Below are positions 18,652 to 28,839 of a stretch of 55,729 nucleotides of DNA, one piece after another. The notes below the pieces were generated by a model that had not been told where the DNA came from, did no database searches, and saw only the letters and a program-made list of their open reading frames with translations. Position 1 is the stretch's first letter. Each line of letters begins with the position of its first letter. This stretch comes from Flavobacteriaceae bacterium. GTDB lineage: Bacteria; Bacteroidota; Bacteroidia; Flavobacteriales; Flavobacteriaceae. Both the position numbers and the translations under genes were made by a program. Where the stretch lies: positions 1 to 55,729 of the forward strand of contig DATGBV010000107.1 of NCBI GenBank assembly GCA_035312485.1, written 5' to 3'.

Positions 18652-20508
18652 TTAATCTTTTACTTTGTCTTTAATCCATTGAGTACATTCTTTAAACGTA
18701 TTGAAAATATGTTCTTCAGGGATAAAATCAGGAATAATATCAATACGTTCCATCATGTACCTTGGCTGATTTAAAATATCTACAAATAGCACCTCAATGT
18801 TTTGTTTTTTCAGGTCTTGTAACATGTCTTCCATGGCATATAATCCAGATTGATCCATATATGGCATACGATCTAAACGCATAATAACATGTGAAGCAGT
18901 ATCTGGAATTTGAGCTGTTAACTGTTGAAAATTACTAGTGTTACCAAAGAAAAGAGGGCCCTTAATGTGTTTAATAAAAACTTTTTCTTTGAGTTTTTCA
19001 GGGAACCCTATTTCGTCATCCCAGGCTTCTTCTTTTATAGGCTTTACATCAGAACGTTCATCGGATACATCTCCAATTTTTTTCATAAACATCAATGATG
19101 CAATAACCAAACCAATTCCAACGGCATAAACCAGATTCCAAAATGTTGATAGTAATAGTACGACTATCATTACAGTTACTTCAGAACTAAACTTTATAGG
19201 TCCAAAACTCATATCCTTTGGCAAACTTGGAATAGCTTTCAAACCTTTGTAATCCATAACGCCAATTCCAACGGTTATTAGGATCCCAGCCAAAACTGCT
19301 GCAGGAATTTTAGATGCGATAGGACCTAACCCTAATAAAATTATTAATAACATTATTCCTGCTATCATACCAGAAAGTTTGGTTCTACCACCAGATGTAA
19401 TATTTACAACAGTTCTTATAGTGGCTCCTGCTCCTGGAATACCACCAAAAACTGCGGCAATACTATTTCCAATTCCTTGACCTACCAATTCCTTATTTGG
19501 CTTGTGCTTTGTTTTGGTCATGTTGTCTGCTACAACACTTGTTAAAAGAGAGTCTATGGCTCCAAGAAGTGATAAAGTAAGCGCAGTAAATATGTAAGGT
19601 GTAATGCTGCTGAAATTGAAGCCAGTAAATATTTCTAAATTAGGAATTGGCAACCCACTAGGAATTTCTTCAATGGGTCTATAGTTTAAACCAAAACCAA
19701 CAGCAATACCAGACATAATGACCAAAGCTACAAGTGTACTTGGGATTGATTTAGTAATGCGTTTAAACCCATAAATAATAAGAATTGTACCCAAAGCAAG
19801 AATTAATTCCAACCAGTTTATATTTTGCAAAGCTCTTGGAATAATTTTCAATGCACCAAAAGCGCCAGAAGCTTCTTTTGCGGCAAGGGTTTGAGATTCT
19901 TTAAGAATATCTTCTTGGGTGATTAATTCAGCGCGATCTATTGTTTCTTTAAAATTCTCAAGGACCAATATACCTTCTCCAGCTTCCTCTTTAAGTATAT
20001 TTTCTAAAATGACTTCTTCAGCTTGAGGTTTGAATTCATTTACAAATTCTATGTCCTCTTTAGGATAATATCCTAGAGAAGGCAAAATTTGAGTGACCAA
20101 AATAATCACACCTATTGCTGTCATAAATCCAGAAACCACAGGATAAGGTATATATCTAATATATTTTCCAAGACCTAATGCACCTAAACCTATTTGCATT
20201 AAACCAGCTAGTAGAAAAACAGTTAAAATAACAGGAAGTGCTTTAGAAACATCACCATCATTTGTAGCTATAATTCCTGCGATAATAACCATACTTACTG
20301 CAGTCATTGGAGCTGTTGGCCCAGAAATTTGAGTGTTTGTCCCACCAAAAAGTGAAGCAAAAAAGCTTATAAATATAGCTCCGTATAATCCTGCGGTTGG
20401 ACCTAAACCAGAGGATACACCAAACGCTAAAGCTAATGGGAGTGCTACTATTCCTGCGGTAATGCCGCCAAAAGCATCACCTTTTATGTTTGAGAATAAG
20501 TTTTTCAT
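18652..20508 (-). CDS. SulP/SLC26 anion (probably bicarbonate) transporter with STAS domain
   Basis: ALPLALAFG, GLYGA, ISGPTAP, NKELVGQGIGN, GPLFFG; adjacent to carbonic anhydrase. Confidence 0.92.
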   Translation of the reverse strand: MKNLFSNIKGDAFGGITAGIVALPLALAFGVSSGLGPTAGLYGAIFISFFASLFGGTNTQISGPTAPMTAVSMVIIAGIIATNDGDVSKALPVILTVFLLAGLMQIGLGALGLGKYIRYIPYPVVSGFMTAIGVIILVTQILPSLGYYPKEDIEFVNEFKPQAEEVILENILKEEAGEGILVLENFKETIDRAELITQEDILKESQTLAAKEASGAFGALKIIPRALQNINWLELILALGTILIIYGFKRITKSIPSTLVALVIMSGIAVGFGLNYRPIEEIPSGLPIPNLEIFTGFNFSSITPYIFTALTLSLLGAIDSLLTSVVADNMTKTKHKPNKELVGQGIGNSIAAVFGGIPGAGATIRTVVNITSGGRTKLSGMIAGIMLLIILLGLGPIASKIPAAVLAGILITVGIGVMDYKGLKAIPSLPKDMSFGPIKFSSEVTVMIVVLLLSTFWNLVYAVGIGLVIASLMFMKKIGDVSDERSDVKPIKEEAWDDEIGFPEKLKEKVFIKHIKGPLFFGNTSNFQQLTAQIPDTASHVIMRLDRMPYMDQSGLYAMEDMLQDLKKQNIEVLFVDILNQPRYMMERIDIIPDFIPEEHIFNTFKECTQWIKDKVKD

Positions 20509-20532
20509 GTGTAATTGTTTTTCTTGTTTTTT

Positions 20533-21195
20533 TTAAAAATTAACAAATGTTATAATATTAAATTGGTCTCTGCTTGTTGTTTCAAAAAACTGATTCATAT
20601 AGCCAGCTTCAATTTTAATATTTGTATTTAAATTGTAGCCAATACCAGCGTATAATCTATTTCTATCAAATATAGCCGATTTGGTATTTAAGAATATTTC
20701 GTTATATGCTGAAAAGTAATATTTATTGGATTCTTTTTTGGAAAAAGGAATGTTTAATCCTATAAAATACCGAAAGCGTAACTTAAAATCGGTTTCAACA
20801 AAACGTTGTTCAAATCGATACCGATGATTTAATTTTACAATTCCAATATTTTGTTTAGACATGAATTGCTGAAATATTCTATGCTCATTCACAGATATTT
20901 TTTCTTCAGAATTAGTTATATAATTTTCAGATAAAATATAACCGTAGCCTAACAAAATATTGTTTTTGTTTTCATTAAAGCTATAACCTAAACCTGTTCT
21001 CAAGAGAAGCTGTTCTATATCTCCTATAATATTGTAGTTTCGATATTGAATTTCGTTGTGAATATTCCACTTGGTATTGATTTGCTTATTACCAAGATAT
21101 ATTAACCAGTTTCCAAAATTACTGTCTTGTGCATTACTAAAGTTAGGAAGCGCTAACATAAAGGTTAGTGCCACCAAACTTATTTTCTTTTTCAT
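20533..21195 (-). CDS. DUF2490-like outer-membrane beta-barrel
   Basis: Signal peptide, EHRIFQQ, HRYRFEQR, FDRNR, terminal Phe. Confidence 0.8.
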   Translation of the reverse strand: MKKKISLVALTFMLALPNFSNAQDSNFGNWLIYLGNKQINTKWNIHNEIQYRNYNIIGDIEQLLLRTGLGYSFNENKNNILLGYGYILSENYITNSEEKISVNEHRIFQQFMSKQNIGIVKLNHRYRFEQRFVETDFKLRFRYFIGLNIPFSKKESNKYYFSAYNEIFLNTKSAIFDRNRLYAGIGYNLNTNIKIEAGYMNQFFETTSRDQFNIITFVNF

Positions 21196-21219
21196 AATTA
21201 ATTCTTGTAACCTCATTAA

Positions 21220-21849
21220 CTATTCGAAAAATGTAACAGAACCATCACTAATGTCATACATAGCACCTATTATCAATATCTCTCCATTCTTTTCCATTTC
21301 TGAAAGAATAGGACTTTCTGCATGTATTCTGTCTATGGTTAGTTGCACATTTTTAGCAGCTACTGTATCAACAAATTCCAAATTTTTTGAATTTCTTAAT
21401 TGTGAATCTTTTGGTTCCTCAACTGCATTCACAGCTGGTGTAATTTTTTCAATAAGCTTTGTTAGGTTGCCTAATTTAGCATTATCACAAGCTCCTTTTA
21501 TTGCACCACAGCTTGTATGACCAAGTACTACAATAAGTTTTGTGCCTGCGAGTTTGCAAGCAAACTCCATGCTTCCTAAAATATCTTCGTTTACAAAATT
21601 ACCTGCAATACGAACACTAAAAATATCGCCAAGACCTTGATCAAAAACTAGTTCGGCTGAAACTCTAGAATCTATACAACTTAAAATTGTAGCAAATGGG
21701 AATTGCCCTTCACTAGTATCATTAACCTGTTCTAAAAGATTTCTATTTGCTTTTAAGTTATTCTGAAACCTAACATTTCCTTCTTTTAAATATCGCAACG
21801 CTTTTTCTGGAATCATTGTTGCTTGTGTTTCTTTTGTATGTGCTTTCAT
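21220..21849 (-). CDS. Beta-class carbonic anhydrase
   Basis: SCIDSRV and GHTSCGA zinc ligands. Confidence 0.95.
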   Translation of the reverse strand: MKAHTKETQATMIPEKALRYLKEGNVRFQNNLKANRNLLEQVNDTSEGQFPFATILSCIDSRVSAELVFDQGLGDIFSVRIAGNFVNEDILGSMEFACKLAGTKLIVVLGHTSCGAIKGACDNAKLGNLTKLIEKITPAVNAVEEPKDSQLRNSKNLEFVDTVAAKNVQLTIDRIHAESPILSEMEKNGEILIIGAMYDISDGSVTFFE

Positions 21850-22010
21850 AATCTGGTTTTACTAATATATTTCTTTTAAAGTTTGATTTTTATGTTAAAT
21901 ACCAATCCATATTTCCCTTAAAGTTAAATAAAGGTAAAGGTTAAAAATCCTATGAAAAGATATTGTTTATTTTTTTGGTAAAGATTTTTTGTAAAATTAA
22001 TTTACAAAAA

Positions 22011-22307
22011 CTAAACTATTTCTGGAGGAGGAGAATGTAGAATGACCTTAAATGATTTGTAAGTCATTGAGTAAAAACTAAAATTTGCCTTGTTTTCTTG
22101 GACAGCAAAATTATTGTAAAAAAAATGAGGTTGAAAATCATCAAACTCAAATAGCTTATTATTTTCACTCCCTTTATTTTCCTCTTCATTTAAATCAAAA
22201 GACATAGAAAAAGCGAAATCTTTATCAAAGGAAGTTAATATCGCAGGTGTTACTATTAGCGATATAAAAATTAAAGATAAGAAAAATGCAATTTTAGTTT
22301 TTTTCAT
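22011..22307 (-). CDS. Small signal/TM protein ending HSPPPEIV (candidate leader/arrest peptide)
   Basis: Hydrophobic N-terminus, acidic middle, C-terminal PPP; TATATTTG upstream on the minus strand. Confidence 0.7.
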   Translation of the reverse strand: MKKTKIAFFLSLIFISLIVTPAILTSFDKDFAFSMSFDLNEEENKGSENNKLFEFDDFQPHFFYNNFAVQENKANFSFYSMTYKSFKVILHSPPPEIV

Positions 22308-22413
22308 CTTGAAAAATGAAATGCAAATATATAATTTGTAATTGTATGTTTTGTTAAATAATTTTTAAATATTGAATTATAAACTCTCGAATATTTCAAA
22401 TAGACTTAAAGAT

Positions 22414-23880
22414 TTAGACTCTTGGCAAATCGTTGTCATCTTTTAATGGAAGGTTTGAGCGCCCCATTAAATATTCATCGACATAATGAGCTGCTTGTCT
22501 TCCTTCTGAAATAGCCCAAACAATAAGTGATTGCCCTCTACGCATATCTCCAGCTGTAAAAATACCTGGCACATTTGTCATATAACTATTAGTAGTTGCC
22601 TTAATGTTTGTCCTAAAGTCTGTTTCTAAATCAAGTTGTTCAGCTAAAGTTGATTCTGGTCCTATAAATCCTAATGCTAAAAGAACCAAATCACAATCCC
22701 ATTGTTTTTCTGTATTAGGCAGTTCTTTTAATTGAGGCCTTTCACCTTCTTTAAAAACCCATTCTACTTCAACTGTTATCAGCCCTTTTAAGTTTCCGTT
22801 CTTGTCTCCCAAAAATTCTTTTGTGGAAATACTAAAGAAACGCTCAACACCTTCCTTATGTGATGAGCTTGTACGAAGACGCATTGGCCAATAAGGCCAT
22901 GGTTGATTGGCAGGTCTGCCAGTTGTTGGTTTGCTTAAAATTTCAAAATTTGTCACAGATTTAGCACCATGTCTGTTAGAAGTTCCTATGCAATCTGAAC
23001 CAGTGTCACCACCTCCAATTACAATAACATTTTTGTCTTTTGCTGTTAAGACTTTGTCAAATTTGGTTTGACCATCTACACGCTCGTTGTTCTGTTTTAA
23101 AAAATCCATGGCTTGATGAACACCTTTTAGATGTGCGCCTTTAATTGGAATAGAGCGTCTTACAGTTGCTCCTCCGCAAAGCACAATAGCATCAAAATCA
23201 CTTTTTAAAGTTTCTACACTTACATTTTCACCAACATGAGCGTTTGTTTTAAATGTAATACCTTCTTCTTCTAGAACTTTTATACGTCTATCAATAATTT
23301 GTTTTTCAAGTTTAAAATCTGGAATACCATAACGTAAAAGCCCACCAACTTTTGAATCTCTTTCAAAGACTGTTACAAGATGTCCTGCTCTATTTAGTTG
23401 TTGTGCTGCAGCTAATCCAGCTGGGCCAGAACCAATTACAGCAACAGTTTTATCTGTTCTTTGCTGAGGTATTTGGGCAGTTATCCAGCCTTCTTTGAAA
23501 GCGACTTCCACAATATTTTTTTCAATATTTTCAATGCTAACAGGATCTTCATTTATACCAAGCACACATGCTTCTTCACATGGAGCAGGACATAATCTTC
23601 CTGTAAATTCCGGGAAATTATTTGTTGAATGTAAGATGTGAGCTGCTTCTTTCCATTTTCCTTTAAAAACCATATCATTAAAGTCTGGAATTAAATTTCC
23701 TAAAGGACATCCACTATGACAAAATGGAATGCCGCAATCCATACATCTTGCACCTTGATTTTTTAATGCGTTTTCTTCCATAGGAATTGTAAATTCCTTG
23801 TAATTTTTTACCCTTTTTTCAACTGGTTTATATGTTTCAACCTCTCTAGGATATTCTAAAAATCCTGTTATCTTTCCCAT
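22414..23880 (-). CDS. gltD: Glutamate synthase small subunit
   Basis: RCMDCGIPFC, GRLCPAPCE, GSGPAG, GGGDTG. Confidence 0.97.
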   Translation of the reverse strand: MGKITGFLEYPREVETYKPVEKRVKNYKEFTIPMEENALKNQGARCMDCGIPFCHSGCPLGNLIPDFNDMVFKGKWKEAAHILHSTNNFPEFTGRLCPAPCEEACVLGINEDPVSIENIEKNIVEVAFKEGWITAQIPQQRTDKTVAVIGSGPAGLAAAQQLNRAGHLVTVFERDSKVGGLLRYGIPDFKLEKQIIDRRIKVLEEEGITFKTNAHVGENVSVETLKSDFDAIVLCGGATVRRSIPIKGAHLKGVHQAMDFLKQNNERVDGQTKFDKVLTAKDKNVIVIGGGDTGSDCIGTSNRHGAKSVTNFEILSKPTTGRPANQPWPYWPMRLRTSSSHKEGVERFFSISTKEFLGDKNGNLKGLITVEVEWVFKEGERPQLKELPNTEKQWDCDLVLLALGFIGPESTLAEQLDLETDFRTNIKATTNSYMTNVPGIFTAGDMRRGQSLIVWAISEGRQAAHYVDEYLMGRSNLPLKDDNDLPRV

Positions 23881-23886
23881 AATCAA

Positions 23887-26800
23887 CTATTTTGTAATAA
23901 GGTTTTCAGCTTCTAATCTAATAAGAGCCTGTTTATATTCTTCAGGAAGAACTTTAATGAATTTTGGCAATTCTACTTCCCATTTTTCAAGTATACGTTG
24001 CGCTAAAGGACTCAAAGTGGCATTGTAATGATTTTCTATTAGATCTTTTAAATTTTGTACATCATCTTGTTCAATAACTGGATCAAGGTTTAAGCCTTCT
24101 GTATTACATTGTTTTTTGAATGTATTGTTCTTATCATAGATAAAGGCAATTCCGCCACTCATACCAGCACCAAAATTTCTGCCTACTTCTCCTAAAATAA
24201 CAGCTATTCCACCTGTCATATATTCACAACCATGATCTCCGATGCCTTCAACCACTGCTTTCGCTCCAGAATTTCTAACACAGAATCGTTCTCCAGCCAT
24301 ACCATTAATATACACTTCTCCAGCAGTGGCACCATAAAGTGCAACATTACCAATTATAATATTTTGTTCTGGGATAATAGTAGCTTCATCAGGTACTTTA
24401 ACAATTAGTTTGGCTCCTGATAGCCCTTTACCTAAATAATCATTAGTATTTCCGCTTACAACCAATGTTAAACCATAAGTTGCAAAAGCACCAAAACTTT
24501 GTCCAGCTGAACCAGTAAAATTAATTTTTAACGTATTTTCTGGTAAGCCTTGAGCACCATAAATTTTAGATATTTCGTTACTTAAAATTGCTCCAAAAGC
24601 TCTATTTCTGTTTGTAATGTTGAAATCTAAAACGGTTTTTTCTTTTCTAAATAAAGCTGGATGTGCTTTACTGATGATGTCAAAATCCAGTGATTGGTCA
24701 AGCTGATGATCTTGATTTTCTGTATGATACAGCTTTGTGTCTTTAGGTACAATTACTTGATGTAAAATCGGTGATAAATCTATGCCTAAAGCTTTATAAT
24801 GTTCTATAGTATTATTTCTATCTAGTTTATGAACCTGTCCAACCATTTCGTTAACTGTTCTAAAACCAAGTTGCGCCATTATCTCTCTTAATTCTTGAGC
24901 AATGAAATACATGAAATTAACAACATGCTCTGGTTTGCCTTCGAACTTTTTACGCAATTCAGGGTTTTGTGTTGCTATTCCAACAGGACAAGTATTTAAA
25001 TGACACACACGCATCATGATACAACCTGATGCCACCAAAGGTGCGGTTGCAAAACCAAATTCTTCAGCACCAAGTAAGCATGCTATGGCTACATCACGTC
25101 CAGTTTTCATCTGTCCGTCACATTCTAAAACTACACGATTTCTTAAGTTGTTCATCACCAGAGTTTGCTGCGCTTCTGCCAGACCAAGCTCCCAAGGTAA
25201 ACCAGCATGTTTTAACGAAGTTAATGGTGATGCTCCTGTACCACCATCATGCCCAGATATTAAAATAACATCTGCCTTAGCTTTTGCAACACCAGCTGCT
25301 ACAGTGCCTACACCAACTTCTGAAACAAGTTTTACATTAATTCTTGCCTCTCTATTGGCAGATTTTAAATCATAGATTAATTGTGATAAATCTTCAATAG
25401 AGTAGATATCATGATGAGGTGGTGGTGAAATTAAACCAACATAAGGTGTAGAGTTTCTTGTTTTAGCTATTGAAGGATTTACTTTAGGACCTGGCAATTG
25501 TCCACCTTCACCAGGTTTTGCACCTTGTGCCATTTTAATTTGAATTTCTGAAGCATTAGTAAGATAATTAGATGTTACACCAAAGCGTCCAGATGCCACT
25601 TGTTTTATAGCACTGTTTTTCCAGTCTCCGTTTACATCTTTGTAAAAACGTTCTTGATCTTCTCCACCTTCGCCAGAATTACTCTTGCCTCCAATTCTGT
25701 TCATTGCAATTGCAAGATTTTCATGAGCTTCCTTACTAATGGAACCGTAAGACATTGCACCTGTTTTAAAACGTTTTACAATTTCTGTCCAAGGTTCTAC
25801 TTCATCAATTGAAATTGGATCGTAGTTTGTAAACTCAAACAAACCTCTTATGGTCATTAATTTTTTGGTTTGATCGTTTACCAACTCTGAATATTCTTTA
25901 TATGTTTTTGGTTTGTTGCTCCTTACAGATTCTTGAAGTTTGGCAATGGTTAATGGATTAAATAAATGATATTCTCCATTTCTTCTCCATCTATATTGCC
26001 CTCCAACTTCCAGTTCTAATTCAGCTGCAATATTTTGTTCTTGATATGCTTTGCTATAACGTTTATTTATTTCTTGTTCAATTTCTAAAAGGCCAACCCC
26101 TTGGATTCTGGTTACAGTATTAGGAAAATATTTGTTTACAGTTTTAGTGTTGATGCCAATACATTCAAATAATTGTGAACCTCTGTATGAATTAAGTGTA
26201 GAGATTCCTATCTTATTCATGACTTTTAAAATGCCTTTCCCAACAGCTTTGTTATAGTTTTGAATTGCTTCTTCTGTTGAGACACTCGAGGTGTTTAAAT
26301 CATTAATTCTATCCTCAATAATTTCATTAACCATATAAGGATTGATGGCACTAGCACCATATCCAAATAGTAATGCAAAATGATGAACTTCTCGAGGTTC
26401 GGCAGACTCAATAATAACACTTATTTTAGAACGTTTGCCTGATTTTTGAAGCCCATTATTAATATAAGAGCATGCTAATAAAGCTGGAATTGGCGCATTA
26501 TCTTTATCAACATCCCTATCTGATAATATAATAATATTGGTTTCTTGATCTATAGCAACAGAGGCTTCATGAATTAAATGCTCTAACGCATTTACTAATC
26601 CATTATGACCTTTTTCTATTTTATAAGTAATTGGTAAAGAAGTGACTTTAAAATCTGGGTTTTTATAGCTTTTAATTTTATCTAAATCCTGTTTAGAAAT
26701 TACAGGATTATTAATTTTTAATTTTTTACAATGCTTTTCATTTATGTCGAAAATATTAAAATCGCTCCCTAAAGTCAGGCTAATATCTGTAATCAACTCC

Positions 26801-28389
26801 TCTCTTATACCATCTAGAGGAGGGTTAGTTACTTGTGCAAAAAGTTGTTTAAAATAATTATAGAGCAATTGAGGACGTTCTGATAAAACAGCAATAGGTG
26901 TATCACTTCCCATTGAACCTATAGGCTCTTTACTATTTTGAGCCATAGGTAAAATAATAGTATTTATGTCTTCTTGTGTGTATCCAAAAATAGTTAGTCT
27001 TTTTTGAAGCGTTTCCTGATTGAAAAATACAGGACAATCGTTATAAGGAATACTCTTTAAAGGAACTAAATTCTTATTCAACCATTTTCTGTATGGATGT
27101 TGAGAGGCAATGTGTTCTTTAATCTCTTCGTCATTTACAATGCGTCCTTGATTCATGTCAACCAAAAACATTTTTCCAGGTTCTAATCTGCCATGGTATT
27201 CAATATTATTCGGATTTATATCTATAACGCCAGTTTCAGAAGACATAATTACATAATCGTCTTTTGTGACAGAATACCTAGAAGGTCTTAATCCGTTTCT
27301 ATCCAAAACAGCACCAATGTAATTGCCATCAGTAAATGGAATAGAAGCTGGTCCATCCCAAGGCTCCATTAAGCAAGAATTATATTCGTAAAATGCTTTT
27401 TTTGTATCAGGCATATCATCATTTTTCTCCCATGCTTCTGGAATTAACATCATCATGACTTCTGGAAGAGATCTTCCAGTCATTAACAATAATTCCACTG
27501 CCATATCCATAGAGGCAGAATCAGATTTTTTAGGTAGAACTATAGGAAGAATCTCTTTAATATGTGGTCCAAACCAATCACTTTCCATGAGTTCTTCCCT
27601 TGAATACATTCTGGAAATATTTCCTCTTAACGTATTTATTTCACCATTATGGCACATGTACCTAAAAGGTTGTGCTAGATCCCAAGTTGGGAATGTGTTT
27701 GTTGAAAATCGCTGATGAACCAAGGCTAATCTAGTCACGAGTGTAGGATCTTTCAAATCCTTATAATATAACTTGATGTCTTCAGGAATTAGTAGCCCTT
27801 TGTATATAATTGTTTTCGGCGAAAGACTAGGGAGGTAGAAAAAAGAACTTTCGGATAATTTAGAACTATAAATATTATGTTCCGCTTTTTTTCTTGCTAC
27901 ATATAATTTTAAATTAAACTGAAAATTATCTTGTTTTGTATTTGATTTACCAATAAAAATTTGTTTGATATGTGGTTCAGTCACAGCTGCAATTTCCCCT
28001 AATACTGAAACATCAACAGGAACATCACGCCAGCCTAATACATTTAAGCCCATCTCCTGAATAAATTTTTCAAAAATATCTATACAATAATTTCTCTGAT
28101 TTTCCTTTTTTGGCAGAAAAACATTACTTACAGCATAATCTCCCGCTTTAGGCAATTTAAAACTGCAGTTCTTTACAAAAAAATCATGAGGTATATCTAT
28201 TAAAATGCCCGCACCATCACCTGTTTTTCCGTCAGAACTTACTGCACCACGATGATCCAATTTTTCAAGTATTTCTAAAGCCTTGTGAATAATATTGTTA
28301 GACTTCGTACCCTTTAAACTACAAATAAAGCCAGCGCCACAATTTTCATGTTCAAATTCTGGCAAATACATCCCTTGTTTCTTCATCAT
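23887..28389 (-). CDS. gltB: Glutamate synthase large subunit
   Basis: CGAGF N-terminal amidotransferase, HQRFSTN, KQVASGRFG, CIMMRVCHLNTC, GXGXG repeats. Confidence 0.98.
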   Translation of the reverse strand: MMKKQGMYLPEFEHENCGAGFICSLKGTKSNNIIHKALEILEKLDHRGAVSSDGKTGDGAGILIDIPHDFFVKNCSFKLPKAGDYAVSNVFLPKKENQRNYCIDIFEKFIQEMGLNVLGWRDVPVDVSVLGEIAAVTEPHIKQIFIGKSNTKQDNFQFNLKLYVARKKAEHNIYSSKLSESSFFYLPSLSPKTIIYKGLLIPEDIKLYYKDLKDPTLVTRLALVHQRFSTNTFPTWDLAQPFRYMCHNGEINTLRGNISRMYSREELMESDWFGPHIKEILPIVLPKKSDSASMDMAVELLLMTGRSLPEVMMMLIPEAWEKNDDMPDTKKAFYEYNSCLMEPWDGPASIPFTDGNYIGAVLDRNGLRPSRYSVTKDDYVIMSSETGVIDINPNNIEYHGRLEPGKMFLVDMNQGRIVNDEEIKEHIASQHPYRKWLNKNLVPLKSIPYNDCPVFFNQETLQKRLTIFGYTQEDINTIILPMAQNSKEPIGSMGSDTPIAVLSERPQLLYNYFKQLFAQVTNPPLDGIREELITDISLTLGSDFNIFDINEKHCKKLKINNPVISKQDLDKIKSYKNPDFKVTSLPITYKIEKGHNGLVNALEHLIHEASVAIDQETNIIILSDRDVDKDNAPIPALLACSYINNGLQKSGKRSKISVIIESAEPREVHHFALLFGYGASAINPYMVNEIIEDRINDLNTSSVSTEEAIQNYNKAVGKGILKVMNKIGISTLNSYRGSQLFECIGINTKTVNKYFPNTVTRIQGVGLLEIEQEINKRYSKAYQEQNIAAELELEVGGQYRWRRNGEYHLFNPLTIAKLQESVRSNKPKTYKEYSELVNDQTKKLMTIRGLFEFTNYDPISIDEVEPWTEIVKRFKTGAMSYGSISKEAHENLAIAMNRIGGKSNSGEGGEDQERFYKDVNGDWKNSAIKQVASGRFGVTSNYLTNASEIQIKMAQGAKPGEGGQLPGPKVNPSIAKTRNSTPYVGLISPPPHHDIYSIEDLSQLIYDLKSANREARINVKLVSEVGVGTVAAGVAKAKADVILISGHDGGTGASPLTSLKHAGLPWELGLAEAQQTLVMNNLRNRVVLECDGQMKTGRDVAIACLLGAEEFGFATAPLVASGCIMMRVCHLNTCPVGIATQNPELRKKFEGKPEHVVNFMYFIAQELREIMAQLGFRTVNEMVGQVHKLDRNNTIEHYKALGIDLSPILHQVIVPKDTKLYHTENQDHQLDQSLDFDIISKAHPALFRKEKTVLDFNITNRNRAFGAILSNEISKIYGAQGLPENTLKINFTGSAGQSFGAFATYGLTLVVSGNTNDYLGKGLSGAKLIVKVPDEATIIPEQNIIIGNVALYGATAGEVYINGMAGERFCVRNSGAKAVVEGIGDHGCEYMTGGIAVILGEVGRNFGAGMSGGIAFIYDKNNTFKKQCNTEGLNLDPVIEQDDVQNLKDLIENHYNATLSPLAQRILEKWEVELPKFIKVLPEEYKQALIRLEAENLITK

Positions 28390-28701
28390 AATCATAAAAA
28401 TTTAGCTTAAAACCCACTAATAATTAACTAATATATGCAGTAGAAACAAAAGAACAATAACACTGGATTCATAATTGTGAGATTTAGAAATAATTCAAGT
28501 ATTTATGTTAATTCTTCAATTTTACCAAACTGATTTTGTGAAAACTTCAATTAAGATTTCTATACAAAATATCAAGCCTATTTTATAAAACTGCTTATTT
28601 AAAGATAATATAATAAAGAAATGTCAAAATTTAGAGAGTATTACTTGAAATAATTGAATAATAAAATTTACAAATTATAAAATTATATCGTTTTTGAATT
28701 A

Positions 28702-28779
28702 TATACCCCTAAAAAAATAGGGTATAAAATAATAATTCAATAAAAATGAAATAGATTACCCATAAAATTTATGGGGTAA
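28702..28779. promoter_or_regulatory. Pair of related palindromes (TACCC...GGGTA) between gltB and porin-PII-amt
   Basis: tatacccctaaaaaaatagggtata (28702-28726) and ttacccataaaatttatggggtaa (28756-28779). Confidence 0.65.
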
Positions 28780-28839
28780 ATATTTTTTTGCATAGTTTTA
28801 GCGCTTGAAAAATGATTATTAACACTTAATTGATTAATT

